DNA from: Owenia fusiformis
Taxonomy: Eukaryota
Reading direction: 5' to 3'
Assembly: GCA_903813345.2 (NCBI GenBank)
Contig: CAIIXF020000001.1
Coordinates: 35,712,001-35,776,000, forward strand
DNA: 64,000 nucleotides
Shown: piece after piece, positions 50,967 through 64,000 of the stretch
Numbering within the stretch: position 1 is the first letter of the stretch
Layout: each line of letters starts with the position of its first letter
Position numbers and translations under genes: made by a program
Notes under the pieces: model-generated
The model's input: the letters and a program-made list of their open reading frames with translations, nothing else
Databases searched by the model: none
What the model was told of the DNA's origin: nothing

Positions 50967-51205
50967 CTAAATATGGTACATTTGACACGTAAATGACGAT
51001 AAGGAAGCAGAAACTCACTCTCTCCCTGTCCACATGTATGTCGTCACCGCAAACAAATCCAATGTTTTTGAGCATTGAAATACTTAGACAACTTATTTCA
51101 GTTTAATATTCATATATTTATCAATTTAAATCGCGCCGTATAAATGTAAAATCAAAGAATACTCTAATGATGCAACTTACCTACGAATTTCCTCTCTGAT
51201 CTATA

Positions 51206-52184
51206 CAGGGCGTATCAAAAAAACGCAACAAGTAGTTATCTCGTAAAATCACAAAACTAGTGATGACTACATCAATTTCATTCAATGTACCATAAAGCTA
51301 CGTCTCTCCTCTTTGCAATGATATGTCATTCATTCACATGTGATTATGGTTGGGTGAGAAATCCTTCCATTTGCACAGTGGGTCAAAATCGGCTCTGCAC
51401 CAAGTTTTAGATATTAAAAAAATCCAATGGAGTTCCTCTTACTTGAATTGTTGTGACTTTTTCTTTTGGAGCTATCTCAGGATCATCTGTGCTCACAATT
51501 TCTCCACCAGATATTTCAAAACCTCGAGAATGAATTGCCCATATGGGCTGATTTTCTCTGCTTTAACCCACAGATGACTCAGGGCTAAACCATGCATGAC
51601 GTGGACAGATGAGCGCATCTTTATATGCAAGGAAGTGGTGGCAATTTGGAGGGGTATAGGATGTATTCTTGCAAGAGTATGAGTATGAGCACCTTACTGT
51701 GTATGCCACACCTGTCACACCTTCTTCCAATAGCCCCTATGCCCGTTGTACTGACTTTTGCAATGTTCAAAACTTGGGTCCGAGCTGCATTTTGCCCCAC
51801 TTTGCAAAATTAATGATTAATCGGCCAGAGATGACTCCCTGTGAATGAATGATATTCCATTGCAAAGAGGAATAATTTGGCTTTTTGGTACATTGAATGA
51901 AAAGGATGCAGTCAGCATTGGTTTTATGTTTTCTTCCAATATTACATCGGCTTCCGTACACTGACTTTTGCGATGTTTATAACTTGGTCCCAAGCTAATT
52001 TCGGCCCACTTTGCAAATGGAATGATTACTCGCCCAACTATGACCAAATATCAATGAATGATATATCATTGTAAAGAGGAGACACATAGCTTTATAATGC
52101 ATTGAATGAAATCATGAATGATGTTATCACTGGTTTTGTGCTTTTTCGAGATAACAATCTGTTGCGTTTTTTTGATACGCACTG
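51206..52184 (+). mobile_element. Decayed Tc1/mariner element
   Basis: TA|CAGGGCGTATCAAAAAAACGCAACA ... TGTTGCGTTTTTTTGATACGCACTG|TA. Remnant LNCCDFFFWSYLR. Internal ~210-bp tandem duplication. Confidence 0.85.
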
Positions 52185-52983
52185 TAGAGGCGGTATGGTC
52201 GGATCTTGTGCACACGAACGGACCATATCGTACGGAGCGGGATGTTGACTGTGTATTAGAACAGACAATGTTTATCCAATGGGCCATGGTACGAATTTGA
52301 ATTTATATATTTCTCAATCCAAGATTTCAGAAAATCAACCATGTTCAAGAACAATATATGTCCTCTACCAGTGATAAAAATTTGAAAAAGATTTAGTCAT
52401 AGAAATCAAAAGATCTGACCTGCTGTTCCCGCCATCTATTCAAATTTCTTAGAAATTGGCGTATGAATCTGGTCAACCAGTACATGTAGCAATGTTCCAA
52501 AATTCCTAAAACATGTTCATTTTAAATGATTTTTTTATCACAATACATACCTTACATGTCCACGATTCAACATGTTTCACTACCACATTTTTTATTCAAG
52601 GTGGCGCTGCTACAGAGTACTTTCAGGAACTATATACACAGATTTAAACATATATTTTTTGTCCCCTCCATTTAGCGGAGGGATATAACTGTGTACTGAG
52701 GCCACACTGCAATTAATGCGAAAATGACATATTACCTGATCCGGTGATCCTAGATGACCGTACAAGATAGTCTAAGACTGGTGGTGGGCTTTGTATCAAA
52801 AAAAACTCCTACCTCATACCCACCTACCCACGCACGTGGGACATGATACAGTCTTTGAAGGGTTCAATTTTAAAGATCTTAATTTATTAAATCTTATGAT
52901 GAATTATAGATGCATTTGTAACGACCCTTGATAGCAAGTTGCTACTACAATAAAGCATTGCCATTGAATATCGCAATGCTCAT

Positions 52984-53850
52984 TATTATATCACTATCTA
53001 GCTAGCGACAGTATGATTGGTCAAAACCGGGTCACATGTCGTGGGATATCTGGCGTTATTATATCACTATCTAGCTAGCGACAGTATGATTGGTCAAAAC
53101 CGGGTCACATGTCGTGGGATATCTGGCGATATTCAATGGCAGTGCTAATCAGATAAGACAACCGTGAGATATCTAGCGATATCCCACGCTCCCGGGAATT
53201 TTCAAAGGATTTGTTTTCGTTCAGTGTAAATAATTTAGTTCAGTGTAAGTCAAAATAGCTCAAAATGGCAGACGAACCGAGTATCAATGTTAACCTATGA
53301 CTTAATAATATTAGGGATGTTTAGCTAGACAGTGATATAATAAAACAAATATTTCACTCTATTTTCGGTGAATACCTGTAGCACTTTCACAAGGTGATAT
53401 TCCACTTGCCCTTCGGGCTTCGTGGAATATCACTTGTGAAAGATGTACAGGTATTCACCTCAATAGAGTGAAATATTTGTTCAATATTCAATGGCAATGC
53501 TAATCAGATAAGACAACCGTGAGATATCTAGCGATATCCCATGCTCCCGGGAATTTTCAAAGAATTTGTTCTCGTTCAGTGTAAATAATTTAGTTCAGTG
53601 TATGTCAATATGGCAGACGAACCAAGTAGATTCGTAAAAATATATATATTTCAATGTTAACCTATGACTTAATAATATTAGGGATGTTTAGCTAGACAGT
53701 GATATAATAAAACAAATATTTCACTCTATTTTCGGTGAATACCTGTAGCACTTTCACAAGGTGATATTCCACTTGCCCTTCGGGCTTCGTGGAATATCAC
53801 TTGTGAAAGATAAACAGGTATTCACCTCAATAGAGTGAAATATTTGTTCA
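52984..53850 (+). mobile_element. Inverted-repeat module plus long terminal hairpin element, partly tandem-duplicated
   Basis: IR TATTATATCACT.TCTAGCTA / TAGCTAGACAGTGATATAATA. ~135-bp hairpin at ~53343-53480 with GCCCTTCGGGC apex, repeated at ~53710-53848. 73-bp duplication at the 5' end. Confidence 0.78.
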
Positions 53851-56800
53851 ATATCAAAGTGTAATACAATTACAAGCATCAACGTTTACCAAATAAACAT
53901 GTTCAACAAAATACCACAGATGACACATCTTTAAGTATAATATTAAGACAAACACCCACACATTACAATTCAACACAACACAACCTGGTTAATACGACAA
54001 AAAGCATGAAACCTGTTTCCATCTTTATTTTGATATAAAATGGTTCAGTTGTAAAGAATGACATTATTTTTCTACCAAGAGCCACAGATATACGTTCTCT
54101 TCACGAATTTGAGAGAAAAAACTACTTGATGAATACTTTTGAATCTTGTTGCCTGCTACTCTTTAAAAGTGCAAATAGAAATCTTGGCACCAAATCAATT
54201 TTGAAAGAACATGAACAATTGTTCAAAAAATGTCAAAAGTTTTCACCCCTTATGTCTCGCTCACCTTTTTCTGAAAAACAACACTTTCTGAATATGAAGA
54301 AGTAATGAATAAGCTTTGCAACAATATCAACATTGAAATCAGACAAGTAATAAAAATCACAGAGGGGAGGGGGCGGTCCAAATGGCCCCTCCCCCATTTG
54401 CGACTAAGGCTGCGTTTTTGCAGACATATAATAACATATTATGTCTCTGGTTTTTGAACTACCCGCGGGCTAGTGCATTGCATATAATAAGTATTCCTCT
54501 AGGTGTCACGAAAAAGAACAACGAGCCCATGCGTTGCAAAGTACATACAAGAGCATTTGAAACGCTTATTACGCTGTGGCAACCTTGTCGGCTGCTCGAG
54601 TGTGTCAACTGCGCCGGCTTGTTGCTATTGCACCACAGGAGTTCGATTGCAATAAACCGGTGTAAAAGGGTAGGAGGTCCTCTCCAATGGTCCTACTTTC
54701 CATTGATTTATATGGTGACCTAAATACAACTCTTTCCCTTATTATCGTTACCACAATCAGGGCCAGTAAGGGCCTTTAAGAATTATGTGAGTGTTGGTGC
54801 GCTCGGAAGAGTTCTTTTGTTGTTGAAAGCATGCGACCATGTGATTTGCGCTACGGGGCTTTTTTGTATTTTTTCTTGATACCTGGGGGAATGTTATTAC
54901 CTATTACGCAATGCACCACCGTCACGGGCGATTCAAAAATAACAAAGGGTGCAGACATTGGGGTTAAGCAAATATCACAAATGTGACCTTATCTGGGAAA
55001 TATGTGGCTGAAACAATATAAACTGAACTTGCTATTGTTCATTTGAACACATAATGTGAAATTGATGGTCAACAAAAGGACAAGGTGCAATTATTGGCAA
55101 ATATCCCTATGGTCAAAATGAATCATTCGTAGGTGTAACATGAAGAATAAAATGTCATATAATACTTTGGAAAATATTAAGTGCTCGGACACACATAAGC
55201 TGAAATAGGGATCATTTCGTTCAGTAAGGTTGTATTGACTTACATGGGGCTGTACACCATTGACTTAACATGAGGATATCAGCAGATCCCAATAGAGGCC
55301 ATTGGATTCCATTGATTATCACAGAAATACCAAAAATACAAGTATGACCTGAATCGATTGCAAACTTAATAATTTCACAATACGACACAAATGGTTTATC
55401 TCATCAAATGTGCAAATATGAAGTTTGCAATCGATATGGTTTATCTCATCAAATGTGCAAATATGAAGTTTGCAATCGATTCAGGTCATACTTAAAATTA
55501 AAAGATTGTACATTTTTCATTATTTTTTCCCTACAAAATGGCTATAGAAAAATGCTCCAAAAACAACTTTTACACTTATCAAATATCATACAAGTTTGTA
55601 AAACCAAAGATTATACTATTATATTTCATTATGTAGTAACATATTTGGATAAGATGCAGGGATGCGTAGGATGTAAATGGATTTTGACAGACACAAAAAT
55701 ACTTCCTGGTTTGGAATATATGCCTCAACACTTCATGATTGAATTATGGCCCTAATAAGAGGCCTATACATCAATACAGTGCTGAATATAGGTCAACAAG
55801 ATACCAGTGTGCATATAAATGTAATAATTGAAGCAGAATACTCATTTTGAAAAATCAGATGAATTATTTTTTCCCATGGGGAGATCCCAATGGAGGGTGT
55901 ATAAGGTCCTTTAAGCATAACGATTGGTTCAGATAACTATCTGTGTCTACTCGTCGATTATTGGTGTAAAACAAAAAACATGGCCAAAAATAGAAATAGA
56001 AAAATAGCTACGAAAACGATATCGCTTAACATGATTCCCATTGGATGTAATGACATTTTAAATGCCTAATAATCTTGATTGTAATGAAACTGTAAAGAAA
56101 TTGACTTTGAAATGACATATATAAATACTTACAGTATACTTACACAAAATACACAGAGGATATATTTATTATCATATTTATCCCTTGGTCGCTATTTAAA
56201 ACAATTTGACCTAAAAGTTGTTGTTTTCGAATTCTTTTCTATTTTTTCATTATATTTTCTGTGGACTTATTTTAAAAAAATGATTGCATGAAACATTTTA
56301 ACTCATTTTTACTGAGCACATAATCTTGGATTGTTGCAGATCAAACCGAAATAAAAAAGCCTTGAATGGTTTATTGCATTACAATAAAAAATCCAAATTT
56401 TGGCTACTCTTAAATCGTGACAGTGTTGTTATTTTTAGATTCACCCATGGGATAAGGCGGGTGATAAGGACCCTTTCATCAATTGCAATTTATATATTAT
56501 ATACTAGGGTGAGTAGTATAGGTTGTTGATGTGTAACGGTAGATAGAAATTCTCATAGAGATTCACTTCGTATACGTGCATACCCCAGAATGCTGTCAAA
56601 GGGTTAAACCCGAGATATTTTAAAACTAAAGCCGATATATAATAGGTCAATGAAAATCCGCCAGTCAGTTCATATATTGATAAACAATATAAAATGCAAT
56701 CAACCTGCATATCCGGGTAAAACACAATTCAAATTCGAACCTCATTGTATTCATATCGAGAACTGTCTTAAGTTTATATTCCCATGACAACAAACCTACA

Positions 56801-57456
56801 TGTACCACATGATATATTGATTTCCAATTTTATTGAAGACCCATTGAATTTCACCCAGAAGGTTTCGTAATTTTTGTTTTTGTGGACATTGATATTTTGT
56901 TGTTTATACGTATTTTGTGTTTGGTTGTTAACGCCATACGAGAGACGTCCAATAAATATCAATACAAAAATGACATCATGTTGTGTACAGCTGGTTAGTT
57001 GTTAACCGTAATATTATTCATGCCCGGTTGCAAATGTGTAAATGACTACATTATACACAGTTTGGTGACAATAATATACAAGGAAGTGTTTCAATGATTG
57101 CACTATTTTGATCTTCCAAAAACCTCAGTATTTCTTGACTGACAAAATCTAGAATCAATTTTTATCTACAACTAGACCCTTGCAAGTTCCACTGAAGATG
57201 TGCTATTTTAGTAAGGCAATTACCTTGACTCCAAGCAATTTTATTAACGCCATGATAAATGCATTCTTTTTCACAAGTTCATTTTACATTTTTAAATCGA
57301 TACACTGATTGGATAGCCCGGGTTGGATAACACCAAAATTGTTTAAAGTCTAAGCTATTAAAGTGTTGGAAAAACGTCATCCTCGATCCTCCAGGATCCT
57401 ATCAAATTATATAGTACCCAATCTTCTCGCTCGGTGAATAGAATATGCTCGACTTA

Positions 57457-58102
57457 CACTCCCCTCCATAAGTTTGGCAACCTTAGCTCCCCCATTGAAC
57501 TACGTGTTAAAGCCTTTTTACTTTGAATTTTTATTTACTTTACCTGCGGTGTAATAACTTATGTAATATAATATTAATGGAAGCATAAATTGACTTTTTT
57601 CCTTGATGAATACTAAAGTTACAGCGCTTCAAAGTCATTTTTGAAAATTTCGCCTCCTGTGTTATTTCAATGGGAGAGGTTTTTTGAAAAGCAATTTTGA
57701 CTTTAAAGCCCTATAACTTTGTTGAACCTGAAGAAACACATCAATTTTTTGTTAAATAAAGTTAGCAAATTCAATTGCCTACCTAACTCGTATTTTTTGC
57801 AAGGACTCGGATGGATAGATATTCTGTCATATGACGTGCGGCAAACCTACCATTTCCCATTGGTTAACATGGTAATGTCGATTTTCGAAGATTCATCAAA
57901 TTTATCATCAATTTTCGACTTATTGTTATCGAGGAAAAAAAATGAGAACATTTGGAGGTATTGGAAATAAAGTCAAATTACGTTTCCATCAACAGTATAA
58001 GTATTTTCATCGCAAGTTAAGTAAATAAAAATTCAAAGGTAAAGAGGCTTTAACACGTAGTTCAATGGGGGAGAAACGGTTTCTAAACTTATGGAGGGGG
58101 TG
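57457..58102. mobile_element. Same MITE family, copy 3
   Basis: TA|CACTCCCCTCCATAAGTTT ... AAACTTATGGAGGGGTG|TA. Confidence 0.88.
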
Positions 58103-58444
58103 TAATTGCTAATCGACCTGAACTAACTAAGATTAGTTATGGCATGCTGTAATTAGTAATTCACATTTGAACATACTGATAGACGGGCAGCATCTCTATG
58201 TCCGAATAAACTTTATATATATATTATACATATTTATCCCATACTTGGACGTGTTACAGGTACATAAAGTCGGTTTGTAAAAACTCATATTTTCATCAGC
58301 GGGCAGATATAGCTTAACGTTCCGCTCCGAGCGGGCAGATATTGTATAAAGTTGTATGTCAGTGGGTAGCTATTGATCAATATGTTTATTTCAATATGAT
58401 TTATCCAATCTTATCAGATGAAGGCAAACCGACACATATGAACA

Positions 58445-58475
58445 ATGAGATTGCAAGTATACATCTTAATAGTGG
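58445..58475 (+). CDS. Third gene, candidate exon 1 (signal peptide MRLQVYILIV)
   Basis: ATG at 58445, G|GTAAGT donor at 58476 (phase 1), TATAAA at 58345-58350. Joined to 63802 it gives MRLQVYILIVVYTRSIFC|DCG. Confidence 0.55.
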
Positions 58476-59255
58476 GTAAGTGTCTTTTATTAGATGATCG
58501 TTTGATGTAAAAATAGCTTTTATTATCTAAGTGTATTTATTAAACCAATGTTTTTGTTTCCTCATGTTTCCACTTGTAGTCTCTGGCAGTTTGTTCGATT
58601 GATCTTTGAATTATTGTTATTGATGAACTTACATGTCACGAGGATAATGTTATGAATCATTTTTACAACTTTGGATCACTGTTTATGTTAGGGCCTAATT
58701 ATGATGTTGATTCCGAACAAAGGTGATCTTCCCAAAGTTGCCTTTAATTGTTGCGTCATATTATTGAATTATTTAAACAAAGCAAAATTTCAAAATTTCA
58801 ATTTTTATATATTTTAGTTGTGATTTTTGTATATGCATCAAATCAAAGAGTGGAGGCTGAAATAATATGACATTTTCTCGATCCATTCAATGGATTAAAG
58901 ATTATAATCAAATAAAACACTTGACACTGTAAAAAGCATTATTTTCTCTACTCCATTAAAAAGATTAGGCAATAGTCAATTGATTGCAACCATTCAATCT
59001 AGAATTTTATGTATACGCAGGGTGGGCCAAGCCCCGAATAAAATATTTAATTTCGGATAAATATTCATTTTGATAAAAATGATATATCATTTTAAAGATA
59101 ATTTAATTAATTTGCAACAAAATGGTATATAATGAAACAACAACCCTAGCTTGAGATATAACCAATTATGTGAGATGAGAGTCTTAAACACCTGCTCAAG
59201 TCACCTCGATTTTGCCGACAATAGCATATTTCTAACCAATTTTACTATTTAGTAA

Positions 59256-62200
59256 TAGTGCAGGCTACCTATGAGCCAAATATCAACTTGACCCCCGCAC
59301 CCAGTATAACAAGTCGTCATGGGTATCAAATTGTTCGTCTTGCTGAGTACATTACAAAAAACAATTTTGACAGATTGAAATATGGGTCAGATTCGATAAA
59401 TATGACATAATGTTATGTAATCTATTATAATGACATAGCATTTTTTGTAAAGCATTTTTAAAGGAAATGATAAAAAGAAATCATGAGCTAAGCAAATATT
59501 AATTGTCTATATACTTTAAAATAAATTTTTATAATTATCAAAAATAGTTTGGACTTAGAATTATGTAATTATTACATAATTTCCATTGTTTTATGAGTAA
59601 AATTACAATTTGAATTGCTTTCGTTTTTAAGATAACAGAATTTTTGTTCTAAATGATATAAACCTCATGTGCTAAACTAATTCAAGCAATAATATCTTAT
59701 TATGAGTACAAACCTTCATAAAAAGACTTAATCTTATTGTAAACATTATATGTCATGCATATGTAGCAGCAAATAACATTGTGTATTAAGACACAATGAT
59801 AATATCATTAAACATTTATTCAGATACTAGTATACTTATCCAAATATTCATGCATATAAAAATCAGGTAACTGTTATGATAATTTTAAACATGATAAATA
59901 TCAAGTTTTTACATATAAGGACTTACATCTTTCAATAGAATCATTATATAATATGAAGATGTGATTATTTCATACATCTTTATTCTAAACATCTGGATAT
60001 GGTTTTTACTCCACCATCATTGTGTTTTGGCAATTACCCACCTCACAGGAACAGATAGACATGCACAATAATCCTGAAAAAAGGCATCTACAAGCCTGAT
60101 TAGTGCGAAATCCATCTTTACAATAGATTTTGGTAAGATCCCTTAATTCAATAGGGGCAGATGCTCTCAAAATCATCTTAGGAACCAGACTTCCATCAAA
60201 AAAGTAGCATTCGGTGCCTTCTGGTTTCCAAAGTTTGGGCTTTGCTATGTGAGCACTATGTCCAGATTTGACATTGGGGATGTACTCCATATACTCTGCA
60301 CTGTAAGAGTCAGTTGCTGTTATGGTCATTAGCCTTCTTCTTTGAAAACTTCCAGCTAAGATGATTGATTCATCACTTTTTATTTTTTGTCGCATTTTGC
60401 ACACCCGACTTGCACATTTTGTTAGAAATGAGCAAGATTTGCCTTATTTTACCATTCCTTAGAAACCATCTATAATTTGGGCCTACAAGACTACATATCT
60501 TGAGCACATCATCTTCATCCTTTTCGTCTTGCTTTGGTTGGCATTCTTCATGAGGTTTTTGAGTTGTGTTGAATGTACAAATTTCTAACAGATTCTGCAT
60601 AGTCACTGGCGATGTGACAATGTGACTTTACCACCTCCCTGGTTGGTTGAATAGAATCTTTTGTGCTTTGTTGTACAGGGTGGTCAAAAAATGGAAACCC
60701 TGCATTTTCCTTATATCTTTGTCATTTTAAAATATTACTCCCTCATATTTCACACATTTGTACATCATTCACTATTATACGACCCTACCATATTTCATGA
60801 CCATCAGACCAATAGTCACAATTTTACAGCACTTTAAACATCATGCTTCAGGTTTGGGCATTATCACGCTGTAGTCAAACCTGCACAATTGTCAATGATC
60901 CGAATGCATTCTTCAGCAGATATGGCCTGAATGAAACGAATGATCTCACTTTTGAGGTCTGCAATTGTCCTAAGGTCATTCTAATACACTCTATCTTTGC
61001 CGTATCCCCCCACAAGTAGGGACATTTTGGACTACATGTGCAGGTTTGCTGAAAGCACAATAGTGGCCACTGGGGTATGTTCTTTAAAGTGCTGTAACTT
61101 TGTGACTATCAATCTGGTGGTCATGAAATATAGTAGGCTGGTAGAAAATTGAATTATGTACAAATGTGTAAAATATCAGTTCTTAAAATGACAAAGATAT
61201 GAGGAAAATGGCGTAAGTTTTTTTACCACCCTGTAAATGGCCTTTTTGGGCCTTCTGATTGTCTCATATGCCTCACAAGTCTCCACATTAGGTCAGATTT
61301 GATTGTACTGTGGTAGAAACTGGAGGTTGTCATCATTTCTGTATTTTCTTTTGATGAAATGGGATTCGGTGTTGGTGTCACTTTTGGTTTAACTCAACAA
61401 CCTTTGGTTTTTATAGTTACATATATCTGTGTCTTCCAGAGAAGTCATGTTTGTTTTTCTGTTCGGCACCTTGTTATCATTATTATTTTCTGATCATTTA
61501 TACAAGACCATGGCCATAGAATGTGTTGATCCCTTCCCATCAATAGTGTCTTCATTTTTGATCAAAGTTATTGATTGCAGCATCCACTAATAAAACCAAT
61601 ATTTCCAGGTTTCTCAATACCACTGAGATTTTTTGTATTTTTACAAAAAAAGGTGGCCATTTTAAATTGAGGAGTCATATTGGTAATTCCTTCTCCAGCA
61701 GAGGTCCTACACCCATAAGGCATAAGCCTATAAAATTTGAATTAAATATGTCAATCGGTATTTAAGTAATCCCTAATAAAAAATTCAACCTTGAAATTCT
61801 GAATTTAAACCGTTTCTATCAATCATTGAATACTGATTGTTTCAACTACTAAAGATCAAAGGAAAAGCCATTGTACAATGATAAGCAATCATTGTCCAAC
61901 CATTGCGTTCAACCAAGTGAACTCAACTCTTTTTCAACGACTGCGCAACCGTTTCTTTACAATCATTGTAATCTACAACCATTGTAAACTGCAACCATTT
62001 TACATTGAAATGTAAATGGTTGCAATATGTTTTGTTCAATGATTACAGAGTTCAACCCCTGCAACCATCCTGAATTAGTATCGTTCCAAAAAATTTTCAT
62101 TTTACCTGAATTAAAATTATATTTTAGTAATTATTTGAATTTACCTCTATTCAACAACAGTATATTAGGATATTTTTTCTGAAAACATACATGCATGTTT

Positions 62201-63123
62201 ATTATGGTAAATTACTAAATTTAGTTTACTATGATACGTTTCTTTCTCCAGTACGGATTTAGGAATGCGATACCAGACTAGTTTTCCACTCAATGGCATA
62301 TGATAATGGTGTATCTTTAATGTAAATTAAGAAAAGAATCGAGCAAAATTCCAATTTGGATTGACCAAGTAAAATCTTTAAACTTAACAAAATCACATGA
62401 TTCACCTAAACACACTTACGGACGGATGAGTGGCTTTTCTATATTCCTCAAACTCCGTTTGGTGGGATAACAAAGTATTAAATAAACTAGCTACAAATAA
62501 CCTTTTGTTGAATGCATTCAGCAAGACCATCCTATCTGGATGGCCATAAGTTCTGCATAGTGACTCTGATAAAACGGTTACTGTATGTCAAATAGATGCT
62601 GAAAATCTATAAGTCTGTATATATTACATAATATTATATCCTCATATTATTTATGTTATTGTGGAAATAAAATTGTGCTATCACATCCTTTTATTCATTT
62701 TTTGTATTTGGTGAAGTTAAACCAGTTTATTGCATTAAAGCGTGTCTTGCAACGTCTAATTTCAAATTTTTTAACATTATTACATAATAATTACATAATT
62801 ATGATTAATATTGATTATAAATTTCTTTTAAATTTTGTCATCAATTTTTTCTGAAAGCATTACCACCATTATCTGTTGTTATACTTTGATAAGTACCTAA
62901 CCATAGCTGTTTTAAACCTTGAAAATATAAAACATAGAAAACAATAAATTATGTAACATTATGCTAATTATCTGGAATCCGACCCATATTTGAAAATGTC
63001 AAAATTGGTTTCTGAAAACTTCACATCATACCGAACAAAATGGTACCACATACGTCTTGTTATACCGGGTGCGGGGGTATGTCATAGAAAGAGGCCTCAC
63101 TGGAATGTACCTAGCCTGTACTA
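59256..63123 (-). mobile_element. Academ-like DNA transposon (3.9 kb) with fragmented transposase
   Basis: TAA|TAGTGCAGGCTA...TAGCCTGTACTA|TAA. Imperfect TIRs share ACCCCCGCACCC.GTATAACAAG. Minus-strand fragments: AAINNFD/EDTIDGKGSTHSMAMVLY (61500-61581), HEECQPKQDEKDEDDVLKI, and a Cys-rich C-terminus CRCLFSGLLCMSICSC...CQN (60006-60130). Confidence 0.82.
60676..61233. mobile_element. Tc1/mariner-type MITE nested in the Academ-like transposase
   Basis: TA|CAGGGTGGT...ACCACCCTG|TA; same family as 18881-19439. Confidence 0.9.
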
Positions 63124-63437
63124 TAAGGCATTGCATCATTGCAGGAATATTGACTTGACGAGGGTGAATTTTTTCCTGTATATACATTTTGAAATTCGTG
63201 ATGTATTTGTCAGTCAGGTGGCAGATCACGTTTTAAAATTGTCGACTTCTTTTTATCGTACAAATATTTTCTAAATTCGTTAAACTTTCAAAATAAAGCG
63301 ATATTGTTGCAATTGTTCTACTGTAAGACAAGCAGAGTAATCACAAAATGTACAGTTGAGGCGATTTGATAATTGAGATGCGTTTATTCAATAGATCCAA
63401 TATTTTGAAAGTGTAGCAGTTCAAAATCCAATAAGGT

Positions 63438-63658
63438 CCACCCGTGTAGCTCAGCGGTAGCGCAGGTACCTCTTACGCAATAGGTCCCGGATTCGATCCC
63501 CGGTTCAGGCAAGACTAAATTTGCTTGTTTGCGTGAAGTACTTCAGGGTGTTTGACTGAGTGGTCCGCGTACAAAAAGGCTGTGGTGTGTGGGTCTATCT
63601 TCCATGTTAATTACGTAAATTACGACCGTATATACGGGACATACCCAACTCATACTCA
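63438..63658 (+). mobile_element. tRNA-derived SINE
   Basis: Pol III A box TAGCTCAGCGG (63447) and B-box-like GGATTCGATCCC (~63489), no acceptor-stem pairing, an unrelated body, and an ACTCATACTCA simple tail. Confidence 0.75.
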
Positions 63659-63801
63659 TTGGTGGTACAAAATACAATATAATGGAGGCTTATTCGTACC
63701 ATGGTGTATTTATTTATTTATTGTTACAAATTGTTATTTGGCGAGAAATTCAAACATTTGACAATCAAAAGACCAATAACATTTTAATTTATTATTTTCA
63801 G

Positions 63802-63885
63802 TCTATACAAGGAGCATATTTTGTGACTGTGGAACACAACTTGAGAATGGCGGTACTTGTATTTGTTTTGAAAATAACTGGAGAG
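63802..63885 (+). CDS. Third gene, exon 2 (probable paralog of the mosaic gene; continues beyond the window)
   Basis: TTTTCAG acceptor, AG|GTAAGG donor, 84 nt, phase 1-1. YTRSIFCDCGTQLENGGTCICFENNWR aligns with [16 protein letters not shown] of exon 2 at 15580. Confidence 0.7.
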
Positions 63886-64000
63886 GTAAGGATATGTTAT
63901 TAAGCAGACCTTTTTCTAATCTCATATAAGTATAACTTTTACAAAGGATCGATCATGAAATCTAAAACTAAATTTCATATTGCAATGTTATTTAAAGGTG

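Noticed and set aside
55392..55480. Repeated peptide MCKYEVCNR in a 115-aa ORF
   Set aside because: It results from a short local tandem duplication in non-coding repeat DNA; there is no splice or domain support.
63438..63515. Possible tRNA gene
   Set aside because: A and B boxes are present, but there is no acceptor stem or clean anticodon arm, and the sequence continues into a SINE-like body and tail.
63682..63903. 73-aa ORF with a hydrophobic N-terminus as exon 1 of the third gene
   Set aside because: It has no GT donor in a compatible phase and reads the 63802 exon in the wrong frame. 58445-58475 fits better, although an ATG at 63701 with a GC donor cannot be fully excluded.
1..64000. 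Prokaryotic-type operon, defence system or intact autonomous transposon
   Set aside because: There are no long intronless ORFs, and every transposase or RT fragment seen is interrupted by stops or frameshifts.

Overview
AT-rich, intron- and repeat-rich eukaryotic DNA, most likely from a mollusc or other lophotrochozoan (inferred from the repeat and protein types). Most short ORFs in the six-frame track are noise. I reconstructed three spliced genes by hand. (1) Minus strand, 368-1972: the first two exons of an AA15-type copper lytic polysaccharide monooxygenase (LPMO), running off the left edge. (2) Plus strand, 8039-36494: a 12-exon, phase-consistent gene for an ~800-aa type-I membrane protein (signal peptide - short Cys motif - PAN/apple - C-type lectin - PAN/apple - EGF - ~20 x 11-aa Thr-rich mucin repeats - 3 EGF - TM - short tail). 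It also has a candidate frameshifted third PAN exon and a probable GC-AG intron. (3) Plus strand, 58445-63885 and beyond: the first two exons of a probable paralog sharing an unnamed C-x(7-9)-C-x-C-[YF]-E-x-x-W N-terminal motif. The remainder is transposon debris, many pieces with readable target-site duplications (TSDs): two Academ-like elements, a domain-permuted Hero-like non-LTR remnant, two solo LTRs, Tc1/mariner, Harbinger and Kolobok-like MITEs, a Transib-like MITE, a Helentron-type element carrying a satellite, a tRNA-derived SINE, and three sequence-unrelated elements that share an unusual 'inverted-repeat module + long terminal hairpin' architecture. All family assignments come from motif recognition, not from database searches.
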